DNA of 63,122 nucleotides, filler included, from Bigelowiella natans CCMP2755 (Eukaryota; Protista; Cercozoa): NCBI GenBank assembly GCA_000320545.1. It is 6 parts of 6 records of this genome, joined end to end, with 100 filler letters (N's around TTAATTAATTAA, not from the genome) between each part and the next. Parts side by side here need not be neighbours in the genome. Positions count along the whole stretch, not along the records: positions 14,849 to 42,820 come from ADNK01001479.1; 5 more parts are not named here. One strand, 5' to 3'. Shown piece by piece: positions 23,766 to 36,557 of this stretch (position 1 is its first letter; each line of letters starts with the position of its first letter). The notes under the pieces were generated by a model. It saw only the letters and a program-made list of their open reading frames with translations, ran no database searches and was not told where the DNA came from. The position numbers and the translations under genes were made by a program.

Positions 23766-25366
23766 ATTTTCGAAAAAGTTTTAACCGAGTCTTATTGTAC
23801 AGATTTTTCTTCAAGTATGAGCGATGGGAAAAAATTGAGCCCGCGCAAGAATGGTTAGGAATACAATTTTTTGATATGTGTTGTGAAGTAATTCTTTGTC
23901 CTTCAGGGCGGAAATTAGCAACGACTTTTTCCTATCAAAACGACTGGGTTTCCAATCTATATTAAACTCCTATCACTTAGGAATTGATTAAAAATTTTGC
24001 TTAAATAGCTTAACGCAAGTGGTACAGTCGATCCAGTCGATCGGAGCAGAGGAGGTAGGATTGTTTGTGAAAGCCTTTACTGAAAGCAAAACCAACAACA
24101 ACTTTGTAACAGGTTTTCCAGCAAGGTCTGAAGTTAAACTCAATATAACCCAATAAATCTACCTCTTTGGTTGGGTAAGTTTTTTTTTGTATAAATGTTG
24201 ATGACTTTATATAAAGGCAACCACTATCTCGCCACGGTTTAAATGACAGTCCAACTTCAACTTATGCAAACCAGTCCACTATTGTGTCGAATTCTGATCA
24301 CCCTCCACAGGCTGATAGTGACGCTGAAAGATTGATAGGCATGAATATTATCAACAGGGAAAGGTAAGAAAACCTCCAGCCTATTAATTACTGAACCAAG
24401 TTCCTAAGCTGTAACAGTACGTTGTAAATGGTTGACGTCATCGAAGCTGCCTCTAAAAAGGGTCGTGACTACGATTACTTGAAGTTTGTACTTTAGAACA
24501 TCCTATTTAAATGCAGCCTTTGCAAATAACTGATTCGACGTGAAACCAAAATTCTCACAAAATACTAGGCATGCTTGCATAATGATATGCAAAGTAGAGA
24601 GAATTACAATTATAAATTTTGCACAAGTTTACTAGCTTTGAATCAATCATGTCATTAGCGTAAATTTGCTTATGAGCTATTGCCCTACATGGATTGCTAG
24701 ATTGCTAATTTGTATGCATACATGCATGCTAGCATGCGATGATGCATTTGCCTTGCTAGCTTGCAAAATGTTTGTGATTCAAATGATTGCTGTTATGGTA
24801 GTGTGACGCAATGTAACGGCCATTGTTAGATCTTGACTGTCTAGCTGTCGTCATGGCATCACTTCGTAGATCTAGATATGTGAACTTTTCTAGTTTTGTG
24901 TGCGCCTAGCTCTAGAGCTAGCTAGCTAGCTAGCTAGATGCCGCCATGCAAGAATACCCCACACTCTGCTTGTCATTTAGGTCGCTAGATACGGCTAATG
25001 CCATGCTAGCATGCTCTAGTGCTAACTAGCTAATGCTAAAATGGCCGGCTAGCCAACAGAATTTAGCATGTACTAGATGTAACTGAATGACTAATCAACT
25101 GCACCGTCCGCGCTATCTAGCCTTGCAATTCGTGCACATCCCATGATAGCTGCATACTCAAACAATCAATGAACGTAGTGGTTTGCGTGTACTAGTGTAG
25201 CTAGGTAGGATGGTTATCGATCTGCATGGTAAAAATATGAATCATGTTTATCTTTGTCATAAAGTTTTCCAGTGAAACTTTTGCGATACGATCCCTAAAT
25301 TGTTACTCCCGCCACGCTAACATTGCCTTAATTATGTACACGATGGGTATTTCATTACTCTTCATC

Positions 25367-27352
25367 TCAAGTTGTAGCGGAGGGCTCTACTTCAGCAGCA
25401 ATGCAGGAAAGCGATAAATAAGAGGCCACGAACCCAAAGGCACCTAGTGTGGAATCAATATGACATGGCGGCATAACTCTATTAAATGATGCCACTTGGC
25501 AGAATCACGATAGGATCCCTTTTCTGTCTCGCTCTGCAGTACCTGTGAGATGCGTGGCCGTTCCATAGTCCATCCGAAAACCGCCGTCTAGTAAAATGAC
25601 AGAATTGCAAGCAACGTTTGTGTTTCTCAAGCACAGATGCGTTTCTCTATCGGGGTGATGCGGTGGTTTAACGCGATAACTCTTATGATATTCGTTGTTA
25701 CATAGCCCAGACTCCCGATGGCGATCTATCTATATTGCACATAGACCCAAAATATATTAGTTGATGGCCGTGATATGCGCACGAATGAAAAACCAATGCT
25801 CTTAGCTTTCTCAATCGAACTGTGGAACATCTATACCAGTGGTTGATGGATGCGGCTCGCGGGAGTAGACGCAAGTAACACAACGGGCACTTAAGGCGCC
25901 ATTGGCGCTATCCTCCCCTATTTCATAGCCATATGTATCACGAAGCCGGTTCTTGACGGCGTCTAGTAGCTGTTCGGTGGTACAAGGCACGGATTGTCAA
26001 CTCGTATGAGAGCTTTGGGTATCCATGCTATAGTAACATTACAATCGCAAATACAGATATTTGCAAACCGTGTGTTGGACGGCGTGAATTGTTATATTTT
26101 CTTTTTCAGGGTTAATAATACTTAAGAGATCCGATGGTGATTCAAACGATTCGTACACAAAGAAATCCGCACGATGCGCATTGATACCGGATCATTTGTT
26201 GCAAGAGAGAGCGGTCCTTTAGCAATCTGGGTAGTGTCGTTCCGCCCTTTTTAATAGAAGTGGTGGGGGGTGAATAAACTTCCCTTGTCCAAATCAGTTT
26301 TACTAGTACATTACTTGTACGTGTGTGTATGTATGTGTGTTATATGTACATGCGCAAATATGAGCTTTTGGTGTTTTAAAGTTAGAACCAGTGTAATGGT
26401 TTATTTATAGTCAAACCGCTAACAGAGCCTACGCTGATGACGGGAACGTTCCGAGAGCTCGCATGATATATCAAATCTGCCTTGTACTTTGCGTCGCCTA
26501 TTGTATCGATGATCACAGAATACCTGGCAGTGTTCGCAAATACGCTGGTATTAGTATGCGAAAGCAAATAGTTACGAAAACTTGGAGAATCACTTATAAT
26601 TTAAAGGTGATGGTCACCTATCGACTAGCATCGTGCTTACCTGGATTTCTCTGCAGGAGCTGCGAGGCCGTTGAGTGTTCCTAGGATTCTTTCAGCAGTA
26701 GAATTCATGAAATACTCACTTACGATTTCGATCTCGATGTTTGGATTGATTTGCCGCATACGCTCCGCCATCACGTCAATCTTCTGCCTGCAACGGTGCA
26801 CACGGCCATCATGTGTTAGAATTTCATACAATAGACCCCCATTAATTGACTACGAACTGAGTTGTCGCTGCGACCTTCCGATTAGTGGCTGGAGGGCGTG
26901 TAGCTGACGATTCATATTCGTGATGCACACATCATCCATGTCCACCAATGTCAGCTTTCCAACCTAAACATTGATATCCATGCAGAAGCTGTGAGTGATG
27001 AACAAAATGCCTACTTCGCAGTCCATCGTTGCAAAATTTCTCTCCATTAGTGCGCGGTTTGATTCTTTAAATGTGGAAATTCTAGAAATGTGACGTACCC
27101 CTGATCTGGCTAGGGCCTCAACTGCCCAGCTTCCCACACCGCCAATTCCAATCACACAAACATGTGCGGCTTTGAAGTGCCTCAGCGCCTCTGACCCAAA
27201 TAGCTGCTCCGTCCCAGCAAATCTAAGCATTATATCCAAATTTGTTATACAACGAAAATTTCATGATTCAGCCTGCTGTTGGAATGATGACGGGGGTAAC
27301 GCAACGAAATCGAAGTGATGATCTCTGATTGTTCGGCGAACGTTGTTGAGGG

Positions 27353-27393
<41 letters not shown>

Positions 27394-27856
27394 ACATGCA
27401 TACATAGAACTCATCAACAAAATCAGAAAAATAATAAATGCAGAGAAGGATATCTAAAATTTGGAACGCTCGAAGGTCTAAGGTGCTCGACGACCGATAT
27501 TCCTCCCATTCAGGATCCATCACCAAATCGTCCAATTCAAGATCCGTGTGTTCCATACCATCTTCCAACCCTGCGCTTCTCATCTCTCTCTCAGCAGCTG
27601 AGAAACTCATAGAAGGTTTTTTCTCTACTGCACAACGTGGAAACCTCCTCCGGCACAAGAGGGATTTTAATCGTGTGCTGCGGAAGACTGGGGCGCATCT
27701 GTTCGTGGCGCTCCTTTGTAACACTGCCCACATCCAGGGGTTTGCAGAACGGCTTGCAAAAATATGCGTGGAAATCAAAGCCACTAAAAAAAGAAAGAGG
27801 AGGGAGTGGAATGATAGGGTGCAATGGTGGTGGTGGTGATGGTGGTGCCTCCTCAT
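25367..27856 (-). CDS. tcdA: tRNA threonylcarbamoyladenosine dehydratase (TcdA/CsdL, ThiF family) with a bipartite leader, multi-exon
   Basis: RFAGTEQLFGSEAL..AHVCVIGIGGVGSWAVEALARSGV, LTLVDMDDVCITNMNRQLHAL, KIDVMAERMRQINP, VIIDTIGD..K, GTATHLTGAFGF. ATG at 27856 leads into a signal-like LLFLFLVALISTHIFA and an Arg/Ser-rich segment. Stop TGA at 25367-25369. Confidence 0.88.
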
Positions 27857-28343
27857 CACGACGAGGTTGATTCTGCATCGGCAGGCAGCAAGCTGCAGAT
27901 TCTTTTGAAAACAGCTTTTTCTCATGGAATCCTTAAAAAAAAACAAAATATAGGCGAAATTTATCCTGCGTCTAGGACAAACTCGTTGACGTAGGAATGA
28001 ATTACCTCACAAACATCAGTGCAGGCGGATACCCATCTTACTCGGTCTAAAAACGCCTTTTTTTTCGGTCTGCGACTACATTATTGTGTTGTCGTACACA
28101 GGAAGAAAGTTGAGAAATTATCCCGTAACTACCGGATTATATCGGACAAAGTATTTCCGTGATATTTCAGAGAGATCTCCGTACAAATCTTCTCCTCTGA
28201 CGGCGCCGGCCCGATGTCCACAGCGTTGAGGCGGGGGTTTGTTGGCTAGAACGTGTCTCTAGCCCCCCACGCATGTCACCCATCACCAACCATTAGCGAC
28301 GAAGATAAATCAGCCCGTTTGAGCCCGTGCGATTGAGTAGAAG

Positions 28344-31300
28344 ATGCCACCATCCTCTCACCTAGATCTTCAGACTTTCTTCCAAGAGGGCTATCGCCCT
28401 GCCCTCGACCAGATCCTGCGAATAAGTTTTACCAGGGGTGCGACAGGGTGCGACTCGGAGGCATATGCAGGTGAAATTAGCGGGCTTCGCGAAGCTTCGC
28501 GACACGGCATCGAAGTTACTGTATCGGACTCTCCCAGCAGCAACAGCGGCGGCAATAGCATGCCCATCTACTATCTCCTGCTTGCAATGCGAATAACGCT
28601 CAGTTTGCATCTTCCCCAGGCTTGGCTTATGGTATTTGCCACCCAACTATGCTCCCTCCTCAGGAAAGTAAATAAAAGAGGGTCTGTCTGGGCTACTATC
28701 TCCCAGAATCTTCTCAAGCACGTGCATCGAGCTGGCGAGCGCGTGTGCGGGGATCGAAACCACCCGCAGGGCGGAAAGCCTTTGTTCAGCGAAAGTCGCA
28801 TTGATGCCATGTGCGAGCTTGATGAAGCTTACCTGATGATGTACTTCTACTTGATATCTCACGGCGGCCGCCGACTTGTCCCAGGAGTCTTGGCACCGCC
28901 AAGTCATTTTGAGTTGCTCGCGTCACTGCACTGCCCTGCGAAAGGCGGAGGCTCCAAGAGAGACACGCAAAAAACCCTCGAATCCAACGTGAACACCATT
29001 ATCGGAGGAAGGATAAGAGGCTTCTTAGCTGAAGCAGCCCGGCTAAAGGAGAAAAGCCGTATCGTGAAAGATTCGGCCCGGGCAAACAACCCGTTGCTCA
29101 GAGTATGGGCTGCGAGGATGGAAGAGACCTCGCACGTATTTTCAAGCACGACGAACTTCCTACGAAAGGTTCCTGAGAAGGTTTGCGCAGACTGGGTCGG
29201 TCAAGGAAGTCCGCCCAAGTGTTGGAGAATACTGGAAAAATGGAGGTGAGACAACCTCGAGCAGCTACGGATTCTACCACGCATTCTTTTTTTGGCTATG
29301 ATTTATCTTTTGTTGGCAACTTCGATTTCGTTAAAACACTGCCGCTCTGTGTGTTTAGGGACGTTCGTGACTGGATAGCGCGAATCTACGCGTTCGCAGT
29401 TCCCACAAGAGAAGCAATAGCCGCCATCCTTGATCTGGCAGCGCACGAAGGGGCTCTCCCCAAACAGAATTCAGACGGAGGCAAGATTGTGGAGATAGGG
29501 GCGGGAACAGGGTACTGGTCATGGCTACTTCGCGAGGCGGCCGTGCAAAACAGAACAAAGGCCAATGGAAAACGACGTCCGAGGCCGGAGGTGGTTGCAT
29601 TGGATGTTAAGCCCACGTCCGCTTTGCCAAAGGCGAAGGCGAAGAGAAAGAAGGGCAAGTTTAAGAAGAGGGCTGCGGGGCAGTACAACGAGTATCACGG
29701 CAATGTTCCTGCATTTACACACGTAGATGCTGGCGACGCTGGCTCTCTGAGGAGGTTGCACGCGCCCTCGCGGTCGCCACAGGTGTTGTTCCTGTGCTAC
29801 CCACCTCCTGACTCGGATATGGCGGAAGAGGTGACGACATGGATTTTATTGAGATAATAGACAATGCTCTCTCCTAACCCCCCCCCCCCCCCCCCCCTTC
29901 CTTTTACACACATATACAAGTGCTTGATAAAGCTGCTGAGCGAGTGATTTTGCATTTGTTGCTCTTCCGACAGGCTCTTCAAAACTTCCAGGGCTCAGAC
30001 ATCGTGTATGTAGGCGAGTTCCAGGGCACGACCGGCACCCTACGATTCGAGCATGCCTTGCTGAGAAGCTTCATCCTCAAAAGGACCTTGCCGCTTCCCA
30101 ACTTCGGCAACACAGCATATCAGATGACGTGCTGGCATCGGAAAGGAAAGGCGAGCATAGATGGCGACCACAAAGAAGGCGGCTTAGCACACTCTGGCAT
30201 CACCTGTTCAAACTGCGCCGCTCCGCTCGGGGCTAAGAGTGCGCCCATGCGCCGATGCGCTTTCACGCGGATGGTTTGCGCCTGCAGCTTGGCGTGCGGC
30301 GACAGCAACCGTTTACGCGCCGAGTGGATTTCGCACCTGCGAGCCAGAGGTCTGCTCTCTGTGGCCGCAAAGATCAGAGCTGGGAAGATAAACCTTTACC
30401 GGCAATTCTCGAGCGAGCTCAAATGGCGATGGCGCGGAGTTGAAACCGGCGCAAGCCGTGCGACACCCGACGGCAGCTCATCTGCCGACCCACCGACAAC
30501 TGCCTCGGCAAAGGCCCTAAATACTCCGAAAAATCTCACTCGCCCGCTGCATGAAACGACAGCAGAACTGCCTATCGGCGTTGGCAAGGAAGCGGCGGCA
30601 CAACCTGGAAAAAGCTCCTGCAATCGTCTCTCAACGATCTGGAACCCAGAGGTGAAATGCGCGTCGTCGATGAGCGAAAGGTTCCTTACGTCCCATATAC
30701 ATTGCCGCCCGAGCGGAGCGTTGGAAGAGTGCACGCGGGTAAGCTGCGTATGGAACTTACGAAAGAGGCTGAAGAAGCTCTGCACGACTATCGGCGGGTC
30801 AGCGCCCCCCATCATGGCGTTCGATAGGTGGATTTCGCGCGGAATGCTAAGGAATAGCCTTAACATCCGGAAACAGCTGCAGAGGCTTAGCAAGAAAACG
30901 GAGAACGCCGCGAAGAGGAATGGGGAATCGTCGAGCCCTTCCAAGATCGATGGGATTCGTGAGTATCTCATCCCCTCAGAGAGATTTGAGGATCTTGGCC
31001 TGGTTGGAGACCTCACCCGAGCAGGAATTCCCAGCGAAAAGGCCGTTCGCATCGTCCGCTGCTTGTCCAAGGAAGCTGTTGCTGCCTGCAAAGCAATTCG
31101 AAAGTGCGCGAAGAAGCAGGACGCCAGGGGTGATGCGGGAGGGGTGACCATCCGGAGGCATAAGCACACTGTAGACGTGGTCTCGAGGCATCGGCCAAAG
31201 CTCCTCCTCAAGCTGGGAATTCCTCACTACAACAAACTAGCTTCTCTCTTCAAGAGGTTCGGGGGCTCCGCCATCAAAGCTGCAGGTTCTAGTGAAAACT

Positions 31301-32345
31301 CTGCGAACACATCTTCATCGACGCCCCGCTCGCCGACTCAAAAAGCACGTTTCGAGGAGTCGCTATTCAGGCTGCTCGCCCGCTATCACGCGCTCTCGGG
31401 GCATGGCTTCCAGGCCGCGTTAAACGAGACCGCATTTGAAGTGCTACGAAAGCATCTGTCAGTCAACTTTGAGTGCTTTGCGAGCCCTCTGAACGCATAC
31501 TTCCCTCGGTTCTGCAGCGCATTTCCTGACACAGATGTCCCATTCGGTAGTGATGAGAAGTAGTTGTTCTTGTAGGAATGGTAGGAGGGAGTAGTAGGAT
31601 TCGTAGCAACCATGTGGTTTTTCATGTTACCGTCATACGATTTCAAAGCACTTGTGCAAGCGTCTAATCATCCACGCATCACTCGGTCCACGCCATCACC
31701 GAATATTCTTCTCCTATGTACGTCTCAGGTAGCTTAGGCAGCTTCTTCACCCTTCCGGAGGACGGGTCAGTGGAGGGATCTTTCGAGGCGAACCCGCCAT
31801 TCATCAGCGAAGTTATGACTGCCATGGCCGACAAAATGCATCGAATGCTCGCAAAAGCAGAGAGCAGCAGCCGTAGATTGTCCTTTGTAGTAATTGTCCC
31901 CGGATGGACGGATGAGCCCTCTTGGAAAAAGATGTCTTCCTCCAGCTTCCTGAGCAAGAAGCTTCTCGTCGCGAGGGACGATCATGGGTTCTGCGATGGG
32001 GCGCAGCACCAGCGCCGAGATCGATACCGGGAAAGCCCCTACGACACCGCCATCTTCGTCTTGCAAACTACCTCGGCGAGGGAGGCGTGGAGCTTCACAG
32101 ATGACGCCGAAAGAGACTTGCGCGCTGCTATGGCAGAGGCACATCCAACACCCGGTGCCAAGCTGAGGAGGAAGCTAGAGGGCAGGGGCCTTGCCGATGC
32201 GGATGGGGGAGGGGGGGTGTACAAGGGGAAAAAGAGAAACAGGGACCCGAAAGCAGGGGTGGAAGCGAGGAGGAGGGTTGAGAAAAGAAAAGGAAAGAAC
32301 AAAAGGAGTAAGAGGCAAAAACTCAGGAAGAAGATTGAAAAATAA
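28344..32345 (+). CDS. PCIF1/CAPAM-like cap adenosine N6-methyltransferase fused to an upstream class I SAM-methyltransferase and a Cys-rich finger (4 exons, ~1187 aa)
   Basis: Exons 28344-29245, 29359-29830, 29974-31546 and 31729-32345 join through GT-AG introns in frame (3564 nt). MTase 1: VEIGAGTGYW, VVALD, LFLCYPPP. PCIF1 motifs: FDRWI, LLARY..GFQAAL, ECFASPLN, FCSAFPDTD..FGSLGSFF, GSFEANPPF, LSFVVIVPGW, HGFCDGAQH. Basic NLS-like tail. Confidence 0.88.
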
Positions 32346-32999
32346 AAGTAATTGAAACGTATCTCCTGGCTAGCTGGGCAGGCACATGCGAACAACACTA
32401 AAACATTTAAATGCATTCGCCACATACGCACATCTGCTGTCATGCTACTACATGTATAGTTGAGTAAGTATCAGATAGCTAGATAGGTATGTGATGAATG
32501 ATCGAAATTTTCTCAAACTAGCAAGGTGGTCCCAGGCTGCATCCATTCAAAGCGGCGGCTAATGCGCCATGCGGGACAGTATACTTCCATGTGCATGTGA
32601 TTTTTGAAGTGCTGCGCAAGAGACCATAGAGACTGTCATGTTTGTGTCAACGTGCGTACGTGCTGCGCATAGAATCAGTCCGCCTGTGGGAACATGCCGG
32701 CTAGATGACCTAATGCGCTTGTGGAACTTGCTATTTTGTGTTGTCTATGATTTGTAACCTAGCCAGTGCAGCTAGACCAAGCAAAACGCAGCGCCCTTGC
32801 CTCAATCATCGTACTATTTCGTACAGATGCGAGCGAAAGAACCCAAAATTCATCTCTGTGCCTCTTCCGCCTGCAACCTGCATACGATCGATGCATCAGC
32901 GAGTGAATGGATGAGAAAACGCAGCTCATTGGAGAACTCTCTCAACGGAAAAGAAAGAAAAATAGTGAGAAAGAGCAAAGCGTCCTCCGCTTTCGGATT

Positions 33000-34935
33000 C
33001 TATGTTCTCGTCCTCTTCAGGAGAAATTGTGTACACATTTGGGGTGACACGATCCTATTGTCGCAAGCCAGGTGCGTTTCCATGTGCATGTTGCGTCACA
33101 TAACTACCCGCTGGGGTTTTCCCTGGGGATGGATGTTGTTCTCCTCGAGGCGTCTTTTGATCAGCAGCATGTACGCGTCCCTATCAGCTTTTTGTCGAAA
33201 CTTTAGCTTATAAGCGTTCTTTCCTGGATGCGATGTTTCAAGTATGGAGGAGGGGAAGGGGGGGGGGAGGAAAGAGAATAGAAATACATCAGAAGCGAAA
33301 AGCCCAGCTGCACGTTAGGCCCGATATCACAGTAGCCTATGTAATTGTTATCTTAATTCTCCCTCCCTTCTTTCTTCTTATTACTGACTCACCATCGTCC
33401 TCTTCTAAAACAACTTCTCTGTCGTTGGTCCTCGGCCGCAGAAACTGCCACAGCACGTCGCCTCGGGACAGCCCCGTGCTCGAGAGCTGAAGGCGTGTGT
33501 GTGTGAGGGGGGGGGATTTTCTCAGAGGGCTTGGAGGAGAGCGAGATAAGTACATCCTACGCGTTTGTCTGTTTTCTGTCCTACTCAACTAAGGCTGAAC
33601 TACCTTAAAGTAGTGCCAGGTTATGCAATAAAAGTTGAGGTCTATCTTCACGATCTGCGAGTGAATATGGAAAGCAAACGAAGAAACAACAGTTATCAGC
33701 CCATGGCGAACAACTTGATGCGATAACGGCAGAAAACAAGCAATAAAACACACGCGCGCTCGCGCGCGCAAGCACACAAAAGGGGGAGAAGCAGCAGACG
33801 AAAAGCGCTCTCTGCCTTCTGCTCTCGAACACAAAGACACACAGAAAATAGCATTTCAATTTATTTGAAGCTAGGGTAAGGGGGGGAGGGGGGGGAAGCA
33901 GACGGCTGAGGAGAGAATATATAACGCTCTCCCCTCACCTAGTCGATTCCGCCCTCTTCGACTACATACCTTTCCTTTCGCAGCTTCGTTCCAGTAGTGA
34001 TACAGCTCCATCGTGACCTTCGCATCGTCGCCAGCGTTGTGCGCGGCGAAGTTCCTCCGGAAAACCGTGCGGTACGCCTCTATCAGCTGGCGGGGAAGAG
34101 AATAAACAGGAATGCAAAAGCGCGTTTGCGCCAAGCAACTTATGCACTCGCGACCATGGAAGTGGATATCTTTCTCATGATGCAAGTCTAGGAATCGAGA
34201 GTAGACGCAGTGTTTGCAATGATCATAAATCACACATCGTCCCCCCCCCCCCAACACCCCCGGGGGCCTTTTCTAAGTTTTTAAACCTTGGGTTTTGGTC
34301 CCTTTTCCGGGGTCATGAACTAGGTGGTGAGATGAAAGAAGGAGGGAGGGAGGGCCCAACCTGTGCAAACACGATGCGAGGATTGTGTGAGTTGTAGGAG
34401 CTTGCTTGAGCGGATGCAAAAGCCCCCCACCCTTCCCCGCCCGCATCACCACCATTATCATTATTATTTTCATCATCATCATCCTCATCATCAACAACGG
34501 CAACTCAATCAGAATCCTTTTCAAGTAGGACCTTATCCATTCCAAGCGCCTTTAAATCATTGTCGATTTGCCAGCCTACCATGATAGCCCCCTCCTATGG
34601 TACGATATAAGACAAAGCAAAGAGAGGGAGGGGGGAGGAACTCGTTTCACACTCTCTTCGCTGTTCTCCATCTCGGATGTGTTCGTGTAAGATGCATCTT
34701 ATTCCTCCTTGCGCGTATTAACACGGGGGATGATAACCTGCACAAGGCGCTGAATCAGCTCTCGGGCGCTGAATATTGACAGTCCCTGAGGAGACGTGGG
34801 AAGACACAACGGCGTGCAAAGGGAACGATGATTTTATCAGATCAGATCTCACATCTCAAAGGGCCACCGCAGGGGAGGGCCCCATCGTCCCAGGGAATCA
34901 AAGAAGGCAACCACAACGACAACGATAACGACGAT

Positions 34936-34966
<31 letters not shown>

Positions 34967-35172
34967 ACTACTGCGAAGATAGCGATGTGAATCAGATTCC
35001 TCTTGTTGCAGGAATGCGGAGTTTTCAACGCACAAACACGTACGCACACAAGCACACACGCGCGCATGCTCGATGTACCTTGTCATAATCCGCACTGAGT
35101 CCTCCTGCAGTCTTCACGAATGTATCGTTGACAACCACCTGAAAAGCGGAGGGGAGAGGCAACATCATCGCA

Positions 35173-35209
<37 letters not shown>

Positions 35210-36557
35210 TCTATACTTGACTCACAATACCGAATTTGCCGGTTTCCGCACTCTTGCATAGAGAATGACCTCCATGCTGACGTCCACGACTCCGATGGAA
35301 ACAACGGCCTATGCGCATATTAGGATACAAACCATTTATGCGTTGTCGTTTGTGCATGGCTGTAATAATGCGCCTTTTCGTCATATAACAGGGAGGACAC
35401 AACGGAGAGCGGCCGGCGGCGTGCAAAACAGTACCCTTTGTAGGTTCCCATCCGGCATGTACACCTCGATCATCTCGCAGTCGATCTAACGTAAGAAATC
35501 GCATGTACGTACGAATTCGTGCGAGTGTGTGCGTGTACGCGAAAGGACGCGCCGTGTCATTCGGCCCTCCATATTGTTACGATGATACGCAGCTTGGACA
35601 TCAGCAAGAAATATATACCGCGTATGCGCTTGCTTTCTTCCCAAATTGCGATCCTCCGAAGCTTCCTGATCGTGTCCGTTCCAAGTCCACAGATTGCAGA
35701 GGCAAATAGGGGGGTAAGGGGAGGGGGATGGGGAAAAGGATGTTTGGTTATGACGCACTGCAACCACAATCCCCCTTGATTACTACTACTATTTAGGGTA
35801 CTTCCAACATCTCAAAGAATCGTGTGCTGCTACTGCTGTTGTTGCTGCTCCTACTGCTACTACCACCACTGCAAAATTGTATTTTATGCATCATTTTATC
35901 CACCTTGTCGACCTCCCCGTCTCCCACGAGAAGAGGACCCTGGCGATGAACGAATGAATGAATGGCGGCGAAATGGCGGTGTTTTTTGCATGTTAAAAAA
36001 GTCACCGCATTCTGGTTTCGAACGACCACCATGGGCAGGTACACCCAAATGCCCCATGTATCCTCCCTATCCTCTCACCCCTCCATTCCATTCCAATGCG
36101 TGTTTGTTTGTTTTTTTTAAATCAGAACCGTAGCTATGAAAAATGGCGGTCACCTCTCCCGCCGCGGCTTCCTCTTCCACGGTACGAGCCTTTACAAGAA
36201 CATGCATCAGAGATCTAGCGAGCGACGCGAAGCAAAGCTAAATTTTGTAGGAAGGAACCCCCCCCCCCCCCCTTCCCCCGTCCCCTCCAAGTTTCAAGAG
36301 CTAATCGACGTGGGAAATTCATATGAAGGACCTAACGTGGTGCTTACTGTACCCGCCGGATACTGCTGTGCTCGCACTTGCGGTTGCTGAGAACGCTCCG
36401 ATTTCATCTCGTCGGCGGGCGTCTCGATCCTCTCAAACATCACACCTACGTATTCGATCGACTGACTACTGTCCCCACCCGTCCCTTCTTCGGCTGGTGC
36501 CAGGTCGGGGGATTGCCGCGATGACCCTGGGATGAACTCACTCGCGTTGGCGTTCAT
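33000..36557 (-). CDS. REX/REXO-type DEDDh 3'-5' RNA exonuclease with an N-terminal PAM2 motif and RGG region, multi-exon; 3' end approximate
   Basis: MNANASEFIPG (PAM2-like); exons GSYRGRGSRGGRG and SSRGRRGGRQ; ExoI IDCEMIEV (~35440-35485); ExoII GAIMVGWQIDNDLKALG (~34535-34590); ExoIII AHNAGDDAKVTMELY (~34000-34045). Confidence 0.8.

Noticed and set aside
29183-29358. Programmed frameshift between overlapping ORFs 28344-29249 and 29183-29857
   Set aside because: A canonical GT-AG intron at 29246-29358 joins them in frame (W-R-D-V).
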